64,000 nt of DNA from an uncultured cyanobacterium (lineage in GTDB: Bacteria; Cyanobacteriota; Cyanobacteriia; Leptolyngbyales; Leptolyngbyaceae), in the NCBI GenBank assembly GCA_963766075.1, contig CAVYAN010000061.1, positions 32,001-96,000 on the forward strand, written 5' to 3'. Of the stretch, positions 40,384 through 50,722 are shown piece by piece. The notes beneath the pieces were generated by a model. The model made no database searches. It had not been told where the DNA came from and saw only the letters and a program-made list of their open reading frames with translations. Every line of letters starts with the position of its first letter. Within the stretch, counting starts at the first letter, position 1. The position numbers and the translations under genes are program-made.

Positions 40384-41205
40384 ATGCAATTTACGCCTAA
40401 ATTTGTTGCCCATTCATTGTTGGGCACATCACTTCTCGTAGTCAGTCTGCTGTTTCCCCGGTTAGCGCAAGCGCAACTCTCGCTCTCGCCCATGGTGATT
40501 GAAACTACCACAAACAAGGGAAGGGCACAAGGATCAATTGAAATCGCCAATCCTGGCAGTCAACCGTTTCGTGCTCGGGTTTACACCCAGCCGTTTACCT
40601 ACAACCGTGATGGCAGCTTTCAGGTGCTGCCCACCGATCCTAGTGATGTAAGCAATTACCTCCAATTCTCGCCCCGCGAACTGGTAGTCGAACCTGGCGC
40701 TACGCGGCGCATTCGGTTGGTGTCTCTGTTGCCGCCCAGTTTGCCTGCCGGAGAATATCGTGCTGTTCTATTCACCGAGAGCCTGGAAGCGATTTCCCTT
40801 CCAGGGCAAACGGGACAAATTCGTGTTGGTGTGGTTCCCACCATTGGGGTCACGGTCTATGTGCGGCATGGCCAAGTTTTCCCCAAGTTAGGGGTCCAGA
40901 GTGCCCGCTGGGATCACTTAAACAAAACGATACAACTTCTGGTCAGCAATACTGGCACGGCCTCTACTCGACCCTGGGTCATGTGGAAGTTACAGCAAGG
41001 GAGCCAGGTCATCGCCAGCAGCAAAACCGAACCTATGACCTTGATTACCAAAAGCGATCGCTTTTTGCCACTGGCACCGCCGAATCCCGCGCCTCAAATC
41101 GCCCCAGGAACCTATCAACTGACTGGAGAACTGCAATGGGGCGATGCCAATAATCCCAGCAAATTGCCCTTTAGCACAACACTCACGGTTTCCCCAAGTC
41201 CCTAA
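40384..41205 (+). CDS. PapD-like pilus assembly chaperone
   Basis: Signal peptide AQA-QLSLSPMVIE; LQFSPRELVVEPGATRRIRL; GEYRAVLFTE; NTGTAS. Confidence 0.8.
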   Translation: MQFTPKFVAHSLLGTSLLVVSLLFPRLAQAQLSLSPMVIETTTNKGRAQGSIEIANPGSQPFRARVYTQPFTYNRDGSFQVLPTDPSDVSNYLQFSPRELVVEPGATRRIRLVSLLPPSLPAGEYRAVLFTESLEAISLPGQTGQIRVGVVPTIGVTVYVRHGQVFPKLGVQSARWDHLNKTIQLLVSNTGTASTRPWVMWKLQQGSQVIASSKTEPMTLITKSDRFLPLAPPNPAPQIAPGTYQLTGELQWGDANNPSKLPFSTTLTVSPSP

Positions 41206-41218
41206 TCGGGGTAGTTGA

Positions 41219-44161
41219 ATGGTGTCTGAAGGCGTTCTATTCCATCCAGAAACTGTTGTCTTCCACAATACTCTGCCAACGGCGGCGGTGGTTAGCTCGT
41301 CGTCCGCCTCACTTACCTTAGCCGCAGAACCAACCGCAGAGCCAACTGTTGTAGACCCTCCCACCACAATCACAGTGGCGGATTTTTCGTCAGATCAGGG
41401 CAAAGCCGCAGATCTGGGGGAACCACTATCGGTTGGTTTGGCTGAAGTCACACCACAATTAACTGCGGTTACCGTTCCCTCACCGCCTGAAACCCTAGAA
41501 GTCCTGCCTGAGTTTGCATTTGGGGTGCAGGCAGAACAGAAGTCCTCCATGGCTGCTGGTGCTATACCTCCAACTGATCAGCCCGCACCACTGCAAGGCG
41601 ATGATCGTCCAGTACCATCGTCGCCTCCGCCTATACCCATTACCCCGGCTATTCAAACCATTGACACCAAACCTTGGGCACCACTCCCGGTTGGAATCAT
41701 GGTAGGTGATCGTACGGTTATCCCTTCAACCCTGGTGCGAGGACAAGAAGATGGTAAGCAAGCAATTGACTTTAACCAATGGTTGATTTCCCTCGATGAC
41801 TTTGTGAAAGCGCTGAAATTCAACCAACGCATTTTAGATGACGGAGGATTGGAATTGCGATCACTCGGGCTGGCCATCCGCCTCCCACCCGATGTTTTAC
41901 GCCAAGATCCCGAACTCGGTACAGTACTGCCGATTGAGATAATCCAAACCCGGTTCAATATCCCGACCCGGTTTGATCTGCGCGAATATGCGATTCGCTT
42001 TGAGCCACCCTGGCTAGGCCGCGACCTATATCAGGCCAGCATTAAACCCATTCCCGTCATCACCGAGGGCTTACCCATCATTCCTGCTCCCACCCTCACC
42101 CTTACAGCAATTCAGGCAGAAACCAATATCACAGGAGAGCGAACATCCAAACACTCAGCGACCCGAATATCCAGCACGCTAACAGCCCTAGGGACTTTAG
42201 CTGGTGGTGGATGGGTCTTCAAGCTCAGCCAAGCCAATTTACTCAAACCGTCAACCTGGCAACTCTCTGAACTGCAATTCCTGCATCAAACTCCGACCCA
42301 TGATTTTGTTTTTGGTTCTCACGCCCCATTTTGGGCTAGCCGTAATGGCGGGAACTTTTGGGGGGCCACCTGGGTACAACGGCAGGGATTTACCACGACC
42401 AGTCCAACCGGAGGGGGATTTGATGCAATACAAAGAATACAGGCTGGGTTAATTGGTCGTACAGTATCCGGAGAAGCCGAACCTGGAACTTTGGTACAGC
42501 TAGTGGAAGGAGCGAGCGAGCGCGTCATTGCTGATACCCTAGTCGATACCTCCAGCATCTATCGATTTGAGAATATTCCTTCTAGTGGCTCCTATCGCCT
42601 CTTGCTCTATCCCAATGGCCGTCTCACAGCTCAACCGATAGTCCGCACCGCAAGCTTTATTACCTTGCCCACACAGTTACCAGCGGGAACCTCAGTAGTA
42701 ATGATCTCGACTGGACTGGGCAGGCAATTTCAATCTCCAGGAAACTGGCTAGGACAATTCACCAACTGGCGCAGTGGCCTGCTTTACCGTCGGGGAATAT
42801 CGGAGGATCTTACGGTGGGGCTTGGACTTGCATATGATCACACCCTATTGGGTCTAGCGGAGTTGTTTTATCAGCCTACGCAATTCCCTCTGCAACTTAC
42901 AGCGAAAACCTGGTTCGATCCGAATGCCAAACAACCTTGGCAACTGGAAGCTAATCTCCGCTGGCAACCCTCGCAAAAACTTGGCCTAAATCTGAGCCAC
43001 GATCACTTGTCTCAACGGGCAACTCTCGATTGGCAACTGAACCGTGACTGGTTTTTCAATGCCAAGGCTGACAGTCGAGAACATACTCTCGCTGCCGGTC
43101 TGCGGTTTTCCCGCAATATGCCGCAAGCTTCCCTATTTGCTAGCGTGGACTGGAATACCAAAAATGAATGGCGCTGGAATTTACGGGGAAGCTGGGGACG
43201 TTTCATATTCAGCCATCTTGGAACTGCCATTGGCACTAGCTCTGAACTTAGCTATCGATTTTTACCACAACACACCTTGGAGAGGGATAGCACACTTAGG
43301 CTCAATTATGAAACCCGTAACCTGAACGATCGCCACAACCAGTTAGCAACTTTGAGCTGGCGCTATCGCTCCCCTTCTCATAATGGTAGAGTGGCTTGGG
43401 AACTTGAGCTGGGTTATGGCTTAGGGTCACAAGGCCAAGGAATAATGGCATCAATCGGTACTGGCTTAATTCCTGGCATCATCCTGCGAGCACGCTATCA
43501 AGGGGTTGCATTAGATTCAGATCGCAGTAGTTTTCGGATCGAAATATCCCCCAGCTTTCAAGTGCAGAACGGCCTCAAACCAGCCAATTCAACCCTCGAT
43601 TCACTTCGGAGTCTCGGTGGTATCCAAGTTATTCCATTTTTTGATAGAAATGCTAACGCGCAACACGATTCCGGGGAAGACTCATATACCGACGATAGCA
43701 ACCTGCTCTTAGTTGTAAACAATCAACCCATCACAGCCTTGCGGCCTGATGTTAGCAAACATGATATATCACTCCACTTGCCTCCTGGGCGGTATCGACT
43801 TGATATTGACCCCGCAGGCTTACCGGTGGATTGGCAAGCTCCTACATCAGCCTATGGTGTTGAAGTTGTGGCAGGGAGCTATACACCTGTTTGGATTCCC
43901 CTCATTCGATCTTATACAATTTCTGGCATAGTGAAGGATGCCACTGGTATTCCCCTAGCCAACCGACAAGTGCAAGCAAGTTCAACCAACGGAAAGCAAA
44001 AAGTTATCTCTGTGAGTAATGCAGCGGGCGTATTTTTCCTAGAAGGGCTGAGCCAGGGAACTTATCAACTCACCATTAATGGTCATCCAGCATTTCCCGA
44101 CCTGTTGACGCTTGATAGTTCTTCTCCTCAGTTGAAAGAACTGGATATACAGCAGCGTTAG
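41219..44161 (+). CDS. Usher-like outer-membrane protein with carboxypeptidase-regulatory-like domains
   Basis: 980 aa; YRRGISEDLTVGLG usher-like segment; amphipathic beta strands; FFDRNANAQHD; GRYRLDIDPAGLP; YTISGIV...GVFFLEGL. Confidence 0.7.
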   Translation: MVSEGVLFHPETVVFHNTLPTAAVVSSSSASLTLAAEPTAEPTVVDPPTTITVADFSSDQGKAADLGEPLSVGLAEVTPQLTAVTVPSPPETLEVLPEFAFGVQAEQKSSMAAGAIPPTDQPAPLQGDDRPVPSSPPPIPITPAIQTIDTKPWAPLPVGIMVGDRTVIPSTLVRGQEDGKQAIDFNQWLISLDDFVKALKFNQRILDDGGLELRSLGLAIRLPPDVLRQDPELGTVLPIEIIQTRFNIPTRFDLREYAIRFEPPWLGRDLYQASIKPIPVITEGLPIIPAPTLTLTAIQAETNITGERTSKHSATRISSTLTALGTLAGGGWVFKLSQANLLKPSTWQLSELQFLHQTPTHDFVFGSHAPFWASRNGGNFWGATWVQRQGFTTTSPTGGGFDAIQRIQAGLIGRTVSGEAEPGTLVQLVEGASERVIADTLVDTSSIYRFENIPSSGSYRLLLYPNGRLTAQPIVRTASFITLPTQLPAGTSVVMISTGLGRQFQSPGNWLGQFTNWRSGLLYRRGISEDLTVGLGLAYDHTLLGLAELFYQPTQFPLQLTAKTWFDPNAKQPWQLEANLRWQPSQKLGLNLSHDHLSQRATLDWQLNRDWFFNAKADSREHTLAAGLRFSRNMPQASLFASVDWNTKNEWRWNLRGSWGRFIFSHLGTAIGTSSELSYRFLPQHTLERDSTLRLNYETRNLNDRHNQLATLSWRYRSPSHNGRVAWELELGYGLGSQGQGIMASIGTGLIPGIILRARYQGVALDSDRSSFRIEISPSFQVQNGLKPANSTLDSLRSLGGIQVIPFFDRNANAQHDSGEDSYTDDSNLLLVVNNQPITALRPDVSKHDISLHLPPGRYRLDIDPAGLPVDWQAPTSAYGVEVVAGSYTPVWIPLIRSYTISGIVKDATGIPLANRQVQASSTNGKQKVISVSNAAGVFFLEGLSQGTYQLTINGHPAFPDLLTLDSSSPQLKELDIQQR

Positions 44162-44470
44162 AGAATGACAGCTTATCCAAGATCTCAAAGTGAGTTCTAT
44201 TCTCATCTAATTCTTTTGCCTCTGCATTGATTTCTGCGTTGGTTGGAATTAGCCAAGAACGTTGCGCAGATTCCGGGACTTATCCATCTGTAACGCCATT
44301 TTCGTTTCTCACCCCGCTGGTATTTGCCCCACCACCCATGTCCTATCTTCACTCTAGCCAAAATGTTTTGCTCAGCTCCGTGGACGTGAGTGAAACATTT
44401 TGATGCCTACGACAATGCAAAATGACTACCGCTTAAATTTTATCTAATGAAAATAAATTGGGCAAATGGA

Positions 44471-45856
44471 CTATATGACTTCAACACGATCTCCACGATC
44501 ATCCAGACTCCGCATCCTCCCGATCTCCCTGAAGTCACTACTCAGGCTGTTGATCAGCCCCGCAATGCCCTCCACGGGAATTATCGGAGTTCCCAATTTA
44601 TCCGCCAAATCATCCACAGTCACATCATCTAAAAATCGCGTATCGCCCTGTTTAAGCATCAACGACGGCAATAAAATCGCATCACCCAAGTCACGATGCT
44701 GCAACGCCATTAATATATCCTGGCCCGTCAACAGCCCAGTGACGGTCATCGTTTGGCCCCAGTATTCACTGGCGATCGCCACCATCTGCACCTGCACCCC
44801 CTCCACCTGATTCAACCGTTGCACAATCGGCTGAAACGCCAACTCCACAGCATTCCCCACCACCCAGGTAAAGCGGCGTGGGACCACGATCGCACGCGGC
44901 AGTTCCGCCTGTTCAAAGTCCTTCAAAAATAGCCGAATCGAGCCTACGCCATTGCCAATTTGGGGATACTCCTCATAGTGGGATTCCGGCGGCAACTCCT
45001 GCCCCGCTAGCAAAAACCACTCATCCGCCAACCACACCACCGTCGCCCCCAACTGCTGCCGAAAGCACTCCTGTAACGCCTGCACCTGCACAATAATTTC
45101 CTGCGCTTTTTCCTGACTCACCGGAACCAGTTCATCCTGCTCCGGACGAAACCGCGTCAGGCCCACTGGCACCACCGCCACAGAAGCCACCGCTGGCACC
45201 TCGCCCTGGTGGAACTGGGCCAAGTCCGTCAACGTCCGGGTCAGATGCTCCCCGTCGTTAATACCGGGACAGAGCACCACCTGAGCATGGATTTGTAACC
45301 GCTGGGCTTGAAACCACCGCAACTGATCGAGCAATTGTCCTGCCCGAGGATTTTTCAACAGACGGGTTCTGATTTCTGGCTCCGTTGCATGCACCGAAAC
45401 ATACAGCGGGGAGAGGTGCATTTGGGCAATGCGATCGAATTCCTTTTGGCTGAGGTTGGTGAGCGTCAGGTAACTGCCGTAGAGAAAACTCAGACGATAG
45501 TCATCGTCTTTAAGATAGAGACTTTCGCGCTTTCCCGGCGGCTGCTGATCGATAAAGCAAAAGGGACAGCGGTTGTTGCATTGAATCAACCCATCAAAGA
45601 GAGCGGTGTCAAATTCCAAGCCCAGATCTTCATCGTAGGCTTTCTCAATCTGGATTTCGTGGCGTTTGCCAGACCCATCCAGCACCTCCAATTCCACCAC
45701 TTCATCGGCACATAGAAATTGGTAGTCAATCAGATCCCGTGGACGATCGCCATTAATGGTCACGATGCGATCGCCCACTTCAAACCCCATTTCTGCGGCA
45801 ATGGAACCTGGCAACACCGCCGTAATTAATGCTGGCCGAATCGAAGTTTCACTCAT
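44471..45856 (-). CDS. TIGR03279 family PDZ + radical SAM-like (DUF512) protein
   Basis: N-terminal PDZ-like segment, CNNRCPFCFIDQQP, KDDDYRLSFLYGSY, VTGLLTGQD. Confidence 0.92.
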   Translation of the reverse strand: MSETSIRPALITAVLPGSIAAEMGFEVGDRIVTINGDRPRDLIDYQFLCADEVVELEVLDGSGKRHEIQIEKAYDEDLGLEFDTALFDGLIQCNNRCPFCFIDQQPPGKRESLYLKDDDYRLSFLYGSYLTLTNLSQKEFDRIAQMHLSPLYVSVHATEPEIRTRLLKNPRAGQLLDQLRWFQAQRLQIHAQVVLCPGINDGEHLTRTLTDLAQFHQGEVPAVASVAVVPVGLTRFRPEQDELVPVSQEKAQEIIVQVQALQECFRQQLGATVVWLADEWFLLAGQELPPESHYEEYPQIGNGVGSIRLFLKDFEQAELPRAIVVPRRFTWVVGNAVELAFQPIVQRLNQVEGVQVQMVAIASEYWGQTMTVTGLLTGQDILMALQHRDLGDAILLPSLMLKQGDTRFLDDVTVDDLADKLGTPIIPVEGIAGLINSLSSDFREIGRMRSLDDRGDRVEVI

Positions 45857-45889
45857 GCCGTTCTACCTACGCCACCCATTTCAATACAC

Positions 45890-46495
45890 TCATGCCCCGA
45901 CCGGCGGCAACAGATCCCGCACTGCCACCACACAATCCTCAAACGCCAACGGTGCCACCTCTAAGCTATCCGCCTCTAAACTATCTGCTAAAATCATTTG
46001 CTGTTGATAGCCCGGGGTATTGGCTTGCCGAAACACACGAGGCTGTCGAAAGACATAGAGTTGCCGCTTTTGTACATCTAGGACCCAGCATTCCTCAATA
46101 CCTGCCGCCGCATAGGCCGGGACCTTCACCTGGAGGTCGTAGTTCAAACTGGAATCCGCCACTTCAATCACCAGATGAATCTCCGCTGGAGTCGCATGGT
46201 GACTCGCATATTCCAATGGATCAAGGGCCAATAGCGCAATGTCTGGTTCTGGCTCCGAATCATCACTCAAATGAATCGGATCTTGAACTTGGATAATGGC
46301 ACGATTCACTAACCGCAGTTGAAACACCCGCATAATTCGCGTCGTTGCCGTCCGGTGAGCCGTCCCCTTAGCAATCATTGGCAGAATTTGTCCATACAGC
46401 AACTCCGTACGTTCCTCTGGCGGCAAAATCCCCAAATCCGACATCCGATGGTATTCCGTCACAGTGAAGCGTCGGGGTTGAATAACCAGATTCAT
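45890..46495 (-). CDS. Uma2 family endonuclease
   Basis: RRFTVTEYHRM, SEPEPDIAL, LVIEVADSSLNYD..VK..YAAAGI; ATG 46495 preferred. Confidence 0.9.
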   Translation of the reverse strand: MNLVIQPRRFTVTEYHRMSDLGILPPEERTELLYGQILPMIAKGTAHRTATTRIMRVFQLRLVNRAIIQVQDPIHLSDDSEPEPDIALLALDPLEYASHHATPAEIHLVIEVADSSLNYDLQVKVPAYAAAGIEECWVLDVQKRQLYVFRQPRVFRQANTPGYQQQMILADSLEADSLEVAPLAFEDCVVAVRDLLPPVGA

Positions 46496-46733
46496 CACAT
46501 CAAATACCTCCCAGAAATCCTGAGTTCTAGAAACTAGAGGTTTAGAAACATTTAGAGACACTTCTACTTCCATGTAGACAGCCTCAGCATTGGTTAACGA
46601 CTCCGATATGGCCTGAGAGCAATAATTGCCACAGGTCATAGTCTCAATGAAGTGACGCTCTCAGGAGAGCCCCGCAGGAATTATACCTAGTGTAGCGCCT
46701 TTATACCATCCCCTCCAGCAAGGCTAGATATCC

Positions 46734-47675
46734 CTAATTGGGAAGCAATCCACGGGCGATCGCCCCCAAAAGCGCCGCCCCAAACGCCAAGCGATACCAA
46801 ACAAACACCCAATTGGTTTGCCGCTGCAAAAACTTCAGCAGCCACGCAATCGAGAGATAAGAAAACACAAAGGTAGAAACAATCCCCACCAGCAGTGGCA
46901 GGAACATGTGAGACTCCTTTAAAACATCCTTCGTTTGGACCAGCGTTGCGATCGCCAGCGTTGGCAAGCCCAGCAAAAACGAAAACCGCGCCGCCGTTTC
47001 CCGCTGCAACCCCAGAAACAGCCCCGTCGTCAGCGTTGATCCCGATCGCGAAGCCCCCGGCAGTAGGGCAATCATCTGGCCCAAACCCACCAAAATCCCA
47101 TCCTTCACCTGCAAATCATCAAATCCCCGCTGACGCGAGCCAACCTTCTCCGCCAAGCCCAGCAGCGTCGCCATCACAATCGACATCCCGGCAATCATCA
47201 AGGGGCTTTCCAATTCCACCTTCAACACCTTCAGCACCAATCCTCCTAACAGCGCCGGAATCGCCCCAATCGCAATCCCCAGAAACAGCTTCCATTCCTC
47301 GCGCTGCCAATCCTGCTGCTGAAATGCCGCCCAAGCTCCGCTGACAATTCTCTGGATATCTCGCCAGAAATAGATCACCACGGCAATCACACTGCCAAAC
47401 TGGATGCCATCCACAGCGGCCTTACTCCAAGTGGCATTCCAGCCGAAAACATCCCGAAAAATAATCAAATGAGCGGTGCTGCTAATCGGCAAAAACTCTG
47501 TAATCCCCTGGACAATGCCCAGGATAATCCCCTGGAAAATGCCCGTAACCCAGTTGGGGCCATCCACCATTGCCAACAGGGCTGACCCCAAAGCGGGTTC
47601 TTCCCAGGGCCCATGCCATAAACCTTCCAGCAGATTCATTCCATTCAAACCGATCATATTACTCACTGCTCCCAA
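46734..47675 (-). CDS. uppP: Undecaprenyl-diphosphate phosphatase
   Basis: QGITEFLPISSTAHL, PGASRSGST, AARFSFLL; start uncertain. Confidence 0.93.
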   Translation of the reverse strand: MGAVSNMIGLNGMNLLEGLWHGPWEEPALGSALLAMVDGPNWVTGIFQGIILGIVQGITEFLPISSTAHLIIFRDVFGWNATWSKAAVDGIQFGSVIAVVIYFWRDIQRIVSGAWAAFQQQDWQREEWKLFLGIAIGAIPALLGGLVLKVLKVELESPLMIAGMSIVMATLLGLAEKVGSRQRGFDDLQVKDGILVGLGQMIALLPGASRSGSTLTTGLFLGLQRETAARFSFLLGLPTLAIATLVQTKDVLKESHMFLPLLVGIVSTFVFSYLSIAWLLKFLQRQTNWVFVWYRLAFGAALLGAIARGLLPN

Positions 47676-47889
47676 AGAATCCCTATGCAGGCTACACCAG
47701 TTTCGATCGCCGCTCTGTCATTATGCAAATCCATTACATTTCCTTCCGGAGATTGTAAAGAATTGCCCAAGAATTCTCTAGCTGCCTCTGAATTATCGTT
47801 ATGTCAGCATGCCAGATTCGTCCCAGATCAGTTAGATTAACGGCAGTTTCATATCCCCCCCCCTCGGGATAACTCGAAGCGGGTATGAT

Positions 47890-48678
47890 ATGTTAAATAA
47901 AGTAAATAAAATGATAGAGCTGGGCGAAACACCCTTGATTTCCTACCTCCCCTCTCGCTCCTACGCCATCTCCGCTTGCCCAGACTCAACGGTCTCCAGT
48001 GAGCCCCTGTCCCGATCCGCCGCCGAGCCCGCCGCGATCGCCCAACGCAGCTTTGCCTTCGTCATGGCCGTGATCTTGGTATCCGGCCCTGTCTTCCTGG
48101 AAGCGCCCCTAGTGCGGTTTTTTCCCTGGCTGAGCCTAGCCCTTTCGCCCCTTTTGTTTTGGGGTGGCAAGCGATTGCTGGCAACACCAAAACACGGCCT
48201 CACGGGTGACTTGCTGATTGGCTTTGCCTGGACCTGGGTATCGGGATCGATTTACTGGGGTTGGTTTCGTTGGGAGCCGATTCTTCACCTCCCCATTGAA
48301 GCGATTGGATTACCCTTTGCCCTGTTCTGCATCGCCTGCAACTGGGGGAAAGTGGGCAATTTCTTCTATTTGGGATCGCTACTCGGCACGGCACTCACTG
48401 ATATCTATTTTTACCTCACTCACTTAATGCCCTATTGGCGCAGCCTGATGCGCGTTGAAGAGTCCGATCTAGCGGCACAGCTTTTCCACAATGCCCTGAG
48501 CCAAATCAATACCCCCTGGGGGGTAACCTGGGCGGCTCTTTTGGCGGCATTCTTGCTGGGGATCAGCTTTATGACTCTGCTGGCGACGAAGGAAACCCAC
48601 TGGTGGGCCTTTGGTGGCGCTGTCTTCAGCACAATTTTGGTTGATAGTCTGTTTGCGATCGCGGCGTTGGCCGCATGA
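47890..48678 (+). CDS. DUF3120 membrane protein
   Basis: PVFLEAPLVR, GSIYWGWFRWEPILHLPIEAIGLP, FYLGSLLGTALTD; true start probably further downstream. Confidence 0.85.
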   Translation: MLNKVNKMIELGETPLISYLPSRSYAISACPDSTVSSEPLSRSAAEPAAIAQRSFAFVMAVILVSGPVFLEAPLVRFFPWLSLALSPLLFWGGKRLLATPKHGLTGDLLIGFAWTWVSGSIYWGWFRWEPILHLPIEAIGLPFALFCIACNWGKVGNFFYLGSLLGTALTDIYFYLTHLMPYWRSLMRVEESDLAAQLFHNALSQINTPWGVTWAALLAAFLLGISFMTLLATKETHWWAFGGAVFSTILVDSLFAIAALAA

Positions 48679-48955
48679 AGTTTGACCGATTGAAGCTTGA
48701 CCTACAGTTTGATCGCTGGACTTCTAGGGTCTGGATGTAGTCCCTCAGAAAGAATTTTGCCCACCCCAAAGACCGGTGGCAATTTTTGACTTAACTACGC
48801 CGAATTACTGAGAAATGTCCACTGCCCATAGAATTTCATAATTTCCGCGTATCTTGATAGAAGAGTCTTTATAATCAAGATTCCCGGTCAATGCTCGACT
48901 CAGATTTGCCTAGAAATTTGACCGTGTAAGAATCATCCATAACAGAGCGCGCTTC

Positions 48956-49951
48956 TTGCAGCCCGTGGTCACCCTACAACAATCTCCTTTTTTAATTCTT
49001 CGGACAGATTCTGGTGGTCGGCACTTGCCCCTGACCCAGGGTAACTGCTGGACATTGGGTCGTAGCGAGGAAAATAACTTTGTCTTGGCTGATCGCTGGA
49101 TTTCTCGGCACCACGCCATGCTGCAATGTATGGATACCGGGGACTTTTATTTAATTGATTTAGGCAGTCGCAACGGCTCTTTTGTGAATGGTCGTCGGGT
49201 GAGTATCCCGGTTATCCTCCGCAATGGCGATAGCCTGACCTTTGGGCAAACGGAACTGGAATTCCACTGTCCCACACGCCATCATTCCACCTATTCTCCC
49301 CAGCGGGAACGTGAGGTCACTGCCACGGCAGCACTGCATACGCGCAATCTGATTTCTGTTTTGGTCGTCAATATCCGCAACTTCACAGGCTTAACCCGTC
49401 AACTGGATGAAAAGATCCTGTCTGAGGTAATTGGGACGTGGTTCCGCCATGCGGGCGACATTATCCGCCAGCATGGGAGTTGGGTCGATAAGTACATTGG
49501 TGATGCCATCATGGCGGTTTGGATTCATGGCGCGGAAATCCGAGGGGATGAGATGCTCCCAATTTTCCGCGCCCTGACTGATTTAAATAAGGCGACGCAG
49601 GATCTTTATACGCTGTATCCCTTGCCTTTTCCCCTGCGGATTGGGGCCGGGATCAATACCGGCTATGCCATGGTGGGCAATACGGGCAGTGGCGATCGCC
49701 CGGATTACACCGCCCTTGGTGATACGGTTAATGCAGCCTTTCGCCTGGAAACATCGACCAAACAAATTGGTCTAGATGTGGCTTTGGGCGAAGTCACCTA
49801 TCAGCATTTAAGCGAGATCGGGGCTGAATCTTCCCATCTATTTAAGTCTCATACCGTGATTCTGAAGGGCTACGACGAGCCAACTCACGCCCATGCCTGT
49901 AGCTTTGAGGACGTGGAAACGTTTTTGCAAATGAAAGAAACAGGCCAATAG
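48956..49951 (+). CDS. FHA domain + class III adenylate cyclase
   Basis: GRSEEN..ISRHHA..DLGSRNGSFVNG (FHA); DKYIGDAIMA; DYTALGDTVNAAFRLE. Confidence 0.9.
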   Translation: MQPVVTLQQSPFLILRTDSGGRHLPLTQGNCWTLGRSEENNFVLADRWISRHHAMLQCMDTGDFYLIDLGSRNGSFVNGRRVSIPVILRNGDSLTFGQTELEFHCPTRHHSTYSPQREREVTATAALHTRNLISVLVVNIRNFTGLTRQLDEKILSEVIGTWFRHAGDIIRQHGSWVDKYIGDAIMAVWIHGAEIRGDEMLPIFRALTDLNKATQDLYTLYPLPFPLRIGAGINTGYAMVGNTGSGDRPDYTALGDTVNAAFRLETSTKQIGLDVALGEVTYQHLSEIGAESSHLFKSHTVILKGYDEPTHAHACSFEDVETFLQMKETGQ

Positions 49952-49971
49952 GATGCCAATAGAATAGGGAC

Positions 49972-49989
49972 TTCGTAAACTTATGTAAC
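49972..49989 (-). promoter_or_regulatory. HLR1-like (RpaB) direct repeat upstream of psbU
   Basis: Minus strand GTTACATA-AG-TTTACGAA fits (G/T)TTACA(T/A)(T/A)-N2 repeat with 1 mismatch. Confidence 0.55.
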
Positions 49990-50096
49990 GGCTTTCCTCA
50001 GCTAAGCCTCCCGTTGAGCAGATGGGATCCAGGAAATGATAGTCTCTAAGAAATGCTATGTATGGATTTCGCGCCACAGGACGGGAGGATTACTTT

Positions 50097-50540
50097 ATGA
50101 AACAGTTTTTGCGTCTATTAACAGTTTTTGCACTAGTGATTGGGGCTATGGGCTGGCTGGGTCTGTCCGAAAGCGCTATGGCAGCGAACCTAAATGGGGT
50201 GGTAGGGATGCGTTCCTTTGCTCCAGCACCGATTCTGGCGGTAGAGGAATTGCGCAATGTTCTGGAAGACAAAATGGCAACGGAGTTCGGGCAAAAAGTT
50301 GACCTGAATAACACCAATCTACGGGCATTCCGGCAATATCAAGGCTTGTATCCTAACTTGGCCGCAATCATTGTCAAAAACGCTCCCTATGAAAGCGTTG
50401 ACGACGTGCTAGAAATTCCTGGACTCACCGATCGCCAGATTGATCTATTGGAAGCCAACCTGGACAACTTCACGGTCACGGACGTTGAGCAAGCTCTGGT
50501 CGAGGGTGACGATTGCATCAACAACGGTATCTATCGCTAA
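50097..50540 (+). CDS. psbU: Photosystem II extrinsic protein PsbU
   Basis: Signal peptide; [41 protein letters not shown]; upstream of nadB. Confidence 0.95.
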   Translation: MKQFLRLLTVFALVIGAMGWLGLSESAMAANLNGVVGMRSFAPAPILAVEELRNVLEDKMATEFGQKVDLNNTNLRAFRQYQGLYPNLAAIIVKNAPYESVDDVLEIPGLTDRQIDLLEANLDNFTVTDVEQALVEGDDCINNGIYR

Positions 50541-50602
50541 TGTGACGCGCTCGTTTGGTGCTAGGTTAGCTCGCTAACTTGGCGTTCTGGCATCATGCCG
50601 CA

Positions 50603-50652
50603 AAAGATTGCTCAATGCCCAAACTTGGGGTCAATGAGCAATCTTTGTTTTT
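50603..50652 (+). terminator. Stem-loop after psbU
   Basis: AAAGATTGCTCA...TGAGCAATCTTT followed by GTTTTT. Confidence 0.6.
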
Positions 50653-50722
50653 AGAATTTTGTTTTTAGAATTTTTCAGTCACAACCGCGCCTCATGCTCC
50701 TTTCCTCCCCTCCTTTCTCCCC

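Noticed and set aside
44165..44460. Possible tip-adhesin gene after the usher
   Set aside because: Only a 21-codon ORF and short open stretches; no supportable protein
50505..50520. PsbU C-terminal GDDCINNG instead of the usual DRxNNG
   Set aside because: A single substitution in an error-prone assembly; not interpretable without reads
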